64,000 nt of DNA, taken from Octopus vulgaris (lineage: Eukaryota). Made by a program: the position numbers and the translations under genes. The notes beneath the pieces were generated by a model. The model made no database searches. It was not told the origin of the DNA and saw nothing but the letters and a program-made list of their open reading frames with translations. Positions within the stretch are counted from its first letter, which is position 1. Each line of letters opens with the position of its first letter. Below are positions 56,382-64,000 of the stretch, one piece after another. The DNA lies in the NCBI GenBank assembly GCA_951406725.2, contig OX597824.1, positions 13,082,001 to 13,146,000 of the forward strand, written 5' to 3'.

Positions 56382-56565
56382 CGTCACTAAAGCGAACGAT
56401 GGAGCTATTCAGCACCAGTATTGCTAGATATAAGAGGCAAAGCAACTCATAACCGCACGGTCTTATTTACTGATAAAAGATGGTGCATTATTGTGGCTAT
56501 GAATTGTTTTGGCTCTTATTTCTAGAATAATGGTGCTGAATTGCGCGCTCAGTCGCTTTAGTGAC
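56382..56565. mobile_element. Fold-back MITE with TA TSD
   Basis: 14-bp TIR cgtcactaaagcga/tcgctttagtgacg, TA on both sides, imperfect internal inverted repeat. Confidence 0.8.
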
Positions 56566-56589
56566 GTACGTATATATATATATTATGAT

Positions 56590-56890
56590 ATGTAGAAAAA
56601 TACAAACTGAGACAGGAACGCATAAAAACTTAGAAGACGATACAACAAACACAGACAGGACATTCGAAGCCCTCAGTCTTCAGTCAAGAACCGGATCATC
56701 GTAGTAATTTCGGCTGATTAATCTTGAGATTACTAGAACCGGCCAGCCCTCCAGGAAAAACTAAGCAACGAGCATTAGAAAAACTAAGCTAGGAGCGTAG
56801 ATTTCCTGGAAGAAGGATCGAATGCATACGAACACAGGGGCAGCAAAACGGACGGTGCCACACGAATATAAAAAACAAAAAACAATAATA
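56590..56890 (-). mobile_element. pLTR-like module between TA arrays with degenerate hammerhead-like pieces
   Basis: Minus strand GGCUG...CAGCC GAAAU followed by CUGAAGA CUGA. Confidence 0.3.
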
Positions 56891-56921
56891 TATATATATA
56901 TATATATATACGTCACTAAAG

Positions 56922-57114
56922 TCAAACAAGGACAGACAGACGGATTAAGTCGATTATATCAACCCAGTGCGTAACTGGTACTTAATTTATCGACCCGGAA
57001 GGGATGAAAGGCAAAGTCGACCTCGGCGGAACTTGAACTCAGAACGTAATGGCAGATGAAATACGGCTACGCATTTCGCCCGACGAGCTAACGTTTCTGC
57101 CAGCTCGCCGCCTT
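56922..57114 (-). mobile_element. SINE type A
   Basis: Reverse SINE-A head and body. Confidence 0.88.
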
Positions 57115-57347
57115 TAGGTAACGAAATCATTGAATTAACTTTAATCATTAACAAAGATTGATTATTCTTAACAAAATAATAGTTTGCTGTGTCCCTTGCA
57201 ACATTAATCAAACAAGTACTAATGACACTATAATCAATTTAAACCTTTGAAGTTGGTGCCCTCAGCATGGACGTAGTCCAATAAGAAGCAGCAAAAGAAT
57301 AAATCTGTTTTAATATGTACGGCAAATGCAATTACTATGACGTAAAT

Positions 57348-57866
57348 CAGAGGTGGGGAAACTTTTTAGCGCGGCGGGCAAAAATTTCCAAGGGAAAAGT
57401 CCACTGGCGGATCCCACGTTCTGGCCCTTATATCTGTGTAAATCTTGTATACATCTATGTATGTATAATAAAGATAATTTTAAGACATTTAATTAACGCG
57501 TAACAACTTCATTAACGCCGCCACTGAATTTAGGATGTTTATATTACTTATGAGGCATTCTACATTTTTCAGCTAGAGTGTAGTTGGGTCTTAAGGGGTC
57601 GGTACAAACATAGCAATATGTGTTTTATAGTGATAACAAAATTTCCATTCAAATGGTAATTGCTGGATGATTTCTGTTTGAGTCTAACCATTTTAAGTCC
57701 TAGTGGAAAGGCGACCTATGTTGCAAATTGACATACGAATTTTGTATAAATTTTCTAATTGAAAAATTTAATACATTTTGTACATACAAGTATACAAGCC
57801 TGCAGGTGAAATAGAATAAGCTCGCGGGCGAAATTGCACCGGCGGGCGTGGGTTTCTTCACCCCTG
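57348..57866. mobile_element. hAT (Charlie-like) non-autonomous transposon
   Basis: TIR cagaggtggggaaac / gtttcttcacccctg; 8-bp TSD acgtaaat/acttaaat (7 of 8) with central TA. Confidence 0.8.
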
Positions 57867-58239
57867 ACTTAAATAAATGCTACAGTTCTGCATGAGAAGA
57901 AATGAAGGATAACGGCCGGATGGTTTAAATGGCATTCGTCACTTTCAGATAGTTTTATAGTGAATTATGTCACCATAGCATTCGTCTTTAGTGAGTCTAT
58001 CATAAAAGTTCAGGAGGATACGTTTACATATGTATTGGTTTCAAATTTTGTCAGAAGGCCAAGCTTTTCGGTGGGGGGGGGATAGGTCGATTACACAAAC
58101 CTCCGTATCCAACTGGTACTTATTTTAACGACCCCGTAAGGATGAAAAGCGAAGTCGACTTCGGTGACACTTGAACTCAGAACGTAAAGATGGAGGAAAT
58201 GCTACTCTCTCTCTCTCTCTCTCGATATATATATATATA

Positions 58240-58626
58240 TATATAATTATTATTTGAGGAAATAAAATCCAAACTTACAAGGAAAAAGAATTCAATTTAG
58301 AAATACTAAATCAAATTCCACACAATATAATATATATAAAATATTAGAAAAAACCCCACCTTTTATCAATTCAAAATGAATAATTAAATTATACCATCTA
58401 GAAAATTACATATAATAGAAATATTTAAATTAAAATAACAATTAAAAAGTAAAGAGTAAGTAAATTACAAGAATAATGTAATGTATATAATAGGTAATTA
58501 TACTTGTAATTTACTTAATCTTTACTTTTTAATTGTTATTTTAATTTTAACTTTTCTATTATATGTAATTTTCTAGATGGTGTAATTTAATTATTCATTT
58601 TGAATTGATAAAAGGTGGGTTTTTTC

Positions 58627-58640
<14 letters not shown>
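58240..58640. mobile_element. AT-rich palindromic element in (TA)n, related to 6337-6830
   Basis: About 137-bp inverted arms (58341-58477 / 58497-58634); flank aaatccaaacttaca..gaaaaa is the reverse complement of the 6780-6805 flank. Confidence 0.7.
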
Positions 58641-58701
<61 letters not shown>

Positions 58702-59284
58702 CTGTATAAAGGTTTCTTTGACAATGTAATTCTAAATATACAAACAGATGGTTTGATAATGACAGGATTAACTTCGATCATAGGTCTGCTCAATCAATTT
58801 TGACCTGGGGCTCAACAGCAGCAATAATAACAGCAGCAACAACAACAACAACCATAACTCCAGCCAGTGCATGCTATAATTTCGGCCAGATGCGTTCTTA
58901 TACACCGGTAAATAGAAACTTAATAATAATTACTTCATGCGTAATTTCATCTTGAGAAATTTAATCTACGAAAATGAAAGCTATTCATTTTCTGAACTAT
59001 TAGAGGACAGTTCGACAAAAGCTATTTCTCTAATATTCACCGAAGCCCTTTATCTGAACTTACTTGCTCAATTGATGTTAATTATACAGTGATCCACCAG
59101 AAGCTGGTATATCCATATTTAGATGCAGAACGACCTCAATTGCTAATTAATTATTTCCTAATGTCAATGTGACTGAGGGGTTAATGAATATGTAAGGACA
59201 GCCCACAAATACTTTACCTGCCACACGAAGACCAAGAAACACGAATAGGCAAGAAAATACGCTTACAATAATGTAATATGCATT

Positions 59285-59328
<44 letters not shown>

Positions 59329-59385
59329 CACATCACGCAAATGGAAATATTTATACACACACATGCATATATGTACATATGTATG

Positions 59386-59419
<34 letters not shown>

Positions 59420-59430
59420 CATATATGTAC

Positions 59431-59515
<85 letters not shown>

Positions 59516-59535
59516 TATACATATATATATATATA

Positions 59536-59572
<37 letters not shown>

Positions 59573-59599
59573 AATATACATACACACATATACATATAT

Positions 59600-59846
59600 G
59601 TGGAGGCCCGTGGCTCAGTGGTTAGGGTGTCAGCACCATGGTCCCAAGATTGTCGTTTTGATTCTTGGACCGGGTGACGAGTTGTGTTCTTGAGCAAAAC
59701 ACTTCATTTCACGTTGCTCTAGTTCACTCAGCTGGCAAAAATGAGTAACGCTGTCATGGACTGGTGTCCCGTCCAGCTAGGTAACACATACGCCATAGAA
59801 ACCGGGAAACGGGCCCATGAGCCTGGCTAGGCTTTAAAAAGGGCTC
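59600..59846 (+). mobile_element. SINE: head D plus V-like tail
   Basis: Same structure as 29128-29373. Confidence 0.82.
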
Positions 59847-59858
59847 ATTTATTATTTA

Positions 59859-60160
59859 GGAGGCGCAATGGCACAGCGGTTAGGGCAGTGGACTCGCGGT
59901 CGGATGATCGCGGTCTCGATTCCCAGACTGGGCGTTCTGTGTGTTTATTGAGCGAAAAACTCCTAAAAGCTCCGCGAGGCTCCTGCAGGGGGTGGTGGCG
60001 ACCCCTGTTGTACTCTTTCGCCACAACTTTCTCTCAGTCTCTCTTCCAGTTTCTTGAGTAACGCTGCAATGGACTGGCGTCCCGTCCAGCCGGGGGGAAC
60101 ACATGCGCCACAGAAACTAGGAAACCGGGCCCATGAACCTGGCTAGGCTTGAGAAGGGCG
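59859..60160 (+). mobile_element. Chimeric SINE: type C head plus V-like tail
   Basis: ggaggcgcaatggc...aagctccgcgagg...caactttctctc head joined at gagt|aacgctg to the ggactggcgtcccgtccag tail. Confidence 0.82.
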
Positions 60161-60200
60161 AAAAAAAAAATACATATATAGACACACACATATAAATAAG

Positions 60201-60466
60201 GACCAGTTACGCACTGGGGTCGATATAATCGACTTAATCCGTTTGTCTGTCCTTGTTTGTCCTCTCTGTGTTTAGTCCCTTGTGGGTAGTAAAGAAATAG
60301 GTATTTCGTCTGCCGTTACGTTCTGATTCAAATTCCACCGAGGTCGACTTTACCTTTCATCCTTTCGAAGTCGATAAATTAAGTACCAGTTGGTTACTGG
60401 GGTCGATCTAATCGACTGGCCCCCTCCCACAAAATTTCGGGCCCTGTGCCTAGAGTAGAAAAGAAT
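60201..60466 (+). mobile_element. SINE type A, 5'-truncated dimer whose second unit has the alternative tail
   Basis: Tail 1 ...gggtagtaaagaaata|ggtatttcg..., tail 2 cccctcccacaaaatttcgggccctgtgcctagagtagaaa. Confidence 0.85.
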
Positions 60467-60957
60467 ATCAATACTAAGAATATTCCTCATTTGTTGCTTG
60501 GTCACGATCATAATGGAATTAATTAACATGTTACATGTATAATCAATTAATACTTATACATTTTTATCGCTATTAGTATAATATTTTTAAAAAAAATTAC
60601 AAATAAAAAAACCCCACTTGTTTGACTTAATTTTATCTTTTATGAAAATTATCGCTAATGTTAATATTTTGCATAAGCATAAAGCAGCGATCGGGGGGGA
60701 ATCATTACTGTTCTGGGCAAACCGCTTCGCAATATTTCTTTCGCTTAATCATGTTCTGAGTTCTAATGCCCCTGGGATTGAATTTGCCTTTCATTCATTT
60801 GGAATCGGTAAAATGATACCAGTTAAATACTGGGGTGTCTATGTAATCCACTGCTCCTCCCTTCAAATTACTGACTTTGTTTTAAAAATCCGAATAAATT
60901 ATTATTTTGTGTAAGCATCATGGAATTCGAAATACAAAAATTAAAATTATAATTATT

Positions 60958-61376
60958 GCTATTTCTTTGTTGCCCACAAGGGGCTAAACAAAGAGGGGAC
61001 AAACAAGGGCGGATAAAGGGATTAAGTCGATTAGATCGACCCCAGTGCGTAACTGGTACTTAATTTATCGACCCCGAAACGATGAAACGCAAAGTCGACC
61101 TCGGCGGAATTTGAACTCAGAACGTAACGGCAGACGAAATATCTATTTCTTTACTACTCACAAGGGGCTAAATACAGAGAGGACAAACAAGGACAGGCAA
61201 ACAGATTAAGTCGATCTTATCGACTCCAGTGCGTAACTGGTACTTAATTTATCGGCCCCGAAAGGATGAAAGACAAAGTCGACCTCGGTGAAATTTGAAC
61301 TCAGAACGTAACGGCAGACGAAATACGGCTACGCATTTCGCCCGGCGTGTTAAGGTTTCTGCCAGCTCGCCGCCTT
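60958..61376 (-). mobile_element. SINE type A dimer
   Basis: Two body-tail units with one head at 61376. Confidence 0.9.
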
Positions 61377-62557
61377 TGAAATTATTATTATTGTACCTGT
61401 GTACCATTACCACTGTGGGATAAGTATGATCCAAACCCTTCCTATTCTTACAAGTAAATTATGCTTGGGTGAAGTTTTGGACATTCACGATATATTTACA
61501 AAGAAAAGGTTCTGTCAGGTACTACAGACTTATTAATGCAACGGAACTCATTAATGGAATAATTTCTAATTGTTTGCACGGAAAGATGACTCTAAATCTA
61601 TTATTCCTAATCAATACCTCTGACTATACTTGTTATACTCCCTGTCCCAGGAGTATTTACACTTTCTATAAGAGTACTTTTAAAGAGCATACGTCGGAAA
61701 CAAATGTAGCTTGCTGGGTGATTACAAATGAATTTCATAATTTAATATTATGCAGCTAATTAATTTTGAGAACCTTTCATCTACGGTTTTCTCAGGCAAT
61801 ACGGTGCAATATCTGGAACACTGATTTCCAACCCCGCCACACTTAAATTCGATGAACATTAGAAAGTGAATTAAAGGAAGCTTTTAATTGTTCCGTTATA
61901 AATAAATAAATTTCTTTTCTTTTTTTTTTTTAGAAAAAAGAAAAGGAATTAATAAAAAAAAAAAAGATGAAGCAGATTTGTAAAGTTAGATAGAGAAAGG
62001 CGAGTGTCTCAGCTTCGTTATCGGCGAAATCGTCATTATATAATTGATTTCTTCAGGCTATAATGCATTTTTTATTTTCTTGTAAAGGAAATCGATAGAT
62101 TTCACTCAGAAAGATGTTAGAAATAACAATCAAATTTTTGCATTCCTTTCAAGGAATATCCAATCTCTTAATGGAGAAGAGAATTTTAGCGAATTTCTAA
62201 GCTTTAAATTTATTCTAAATTTTTAGAGAAAAGAGCTAAATTGTTTTTATATCTCTTTTTAGTTTTGTATAACTTTTACTTTTTTGTGATTACAGTTTTA
62301 AAACTAAAGTAGCCATTTAGCTTAAATGTTAACAAGGTCTGGTGTAAAAGTTTCGAAAAATATTTTAAAAAATAGCAATTTGTTACTGAAATCATTGCGA
62401 AGCTGAGCTGTTATGAGAAAAAATGTCGCCGAATTAAGAATAGCGAACGAATAGAGGATATAAGAGAAATACCTATTATTAGTGAATTGACAGACAGATT
62501 TGTTCTACATGGTATTTTAATTAGCTTCGATTACAGAAGGATTTAGAAGAGAATACA

Positions 62558-62640
<83 letters not shown>

Positions 62641-63386
62641 AAAGTACATGAAACGAAAGCATATTCAAATATAAATTAAATTAATACGTAAGTGTATTTT
62701 GTTTTAAACATATTTTATAGTCTTGCTGCAAAATTCTATTCTCAGTTCTTGTATTAATTGATAGCAATACTGCTCTCTGCCAACAGCCTAGGCACAGCTA
62801 TTTCGAGGTTAAGTGGAATACTCTTTAACCATACGTATTGGATGCTTGGCTTTTTTATTTTTTCAGCTTTTAATGTCTGTATTGATGGTATAAATAAATT
62901 CAACACTATAGGATGTGATCTTACATTTCTAAATCGTTTATTACAATAGAGTACTTTAATTTCTTAGTATAAATATTATAACAAAATGTTACAATAGTTA
63001 TGTTGACAGGGTCTGCCTTTATATTAATTTTTTGGAAAATAAGGAAGAATTTATTGCTATTGCTGGTGTTGGCAATATAAATGGACATGAAATTTTGTTC
63101 GAAGGTTTTAATTTAGGCCTCTTTAAATCAGATAATTTGTATCGTAGAACGAAGGTCAGTTTCAAGCGTGCTGGTATGAGTAAGGTTAACAGTTCTGTGT
63201 TATTCTGTAAATCGAACAGTTCTCGCCCGCAAATCTTTTGTTTCCTGGATAGCTTTTTGAGCAGTCTCTAGATAATAAGTTGTTTGGTCAACGCTAAAAA
63301 AGTCGCCCATTTACTAGAGGCAAAGAGTGTGATGGTTCCCTACTATCCGCTCAAAGTGCAGTGTAGCCGATTATGAAAGAGTGAGC

Positions 63387-63429
<43 letters not shown>

Positions 63430-63960
63430 AGGTTGGAAGGATGAAAAGTAAGATTGATCTCTTTGTTAAGGATAAGCGACTAGGTGGCAGATTCAGGACG
63501 TCGGACAAAAAAGTCATAACAGTATTTACTCCTGCTTTTTACATTCTGAGTTCACATTTCGCCGAGGTTGACTTTACATTTCATCCTTTTCCTTTCACTG
63601 GCTTTGCCTTTCATCCGTCCTGCAGTCGTGGGAACCGTCACACTTTCCTTTGCCTCCAACATATGGACGAGTTTGAGCGTGGGTCTATTAACCTCTTATC
63701 GAGCCCTACAGTCGAGGTTATTGGTTTACTCCTTCGCCTAAATTTGCTGGTCCAGAACCAACATTTGAATTCATCATTTTTATTAAGGATGATGGATTAG
63801 CCAAATCGCTTGATCACCGAGAAAAATGCTTTGCGATATTTATTCAGGTTATCTACATTCTGAGTTCAAAGTCTGTCGAAGTCAATACTGAATTTATCAT
63901 TCCGAGGTCGATAAAGTAATTACCAATCAAAGAGTAATTCTTTGTATGCGACTTACTTCC

Positions 63961-64000
63961 TGCAGAAACGTTAGCACTCCGGGCGAAATGCCTAGCGGTA
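63961..64000 (+). mobile_element. SINE type A head, cut by the window edge
   Basis: gcagaaacgttagcactccgggcgaaatgcctagcggta. Confidence 0.8.

Noticed and set aside
61780-63340. Possible retroelement ORF remnants (LYNDD string near 62030; coding-like minus strand 62700-63340)
   Set aside because: Too degraded to assign without an HMM search

Overview
AT-rich eukaryotic, repeat-dominated genomic DNA. Its SINE families and extreme microsatellite load look like an octopus/coleoid cephalopod genome (inferred from pattern recognition, not a database hit). No intact host protein-coding gene is evident; nearly all ORFs in the track are microsatellite or SINE artefacts. The window contains: (i) many tRNA-derived SINEs of three or four types, with target-site duplications, fixed dimers/trimers and head/tail module swapping; (ii) a near full-length mariner, a decayed maT-like Tc1/mariner, a long-TIR Tc1-like element, hAT and TA-TSD MITEs and a non-autonomous Helitron; (iii) decayed LINE fragments (L1/Tx1, R4/Dong, CR1/L2-like); (iv) a few candidate spliced exons on the minus strand. 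The most notable signal is a set of about a dozen hammerhead-ribozyme motifs from several unrelated sequence families. They sit in short non-coding modules, often as inverted or tandem repeats, and nearly all lie in or next to (TA)n microsatellites. They resemble Penelope-like-element pLTRs or retrozymes. The best example (36.9-38.0 kb) is young, has two intact type I hammerheads and a 491-nt cleavage-to-cleavage period. All calls are by eye; no folding or homology searches were run.
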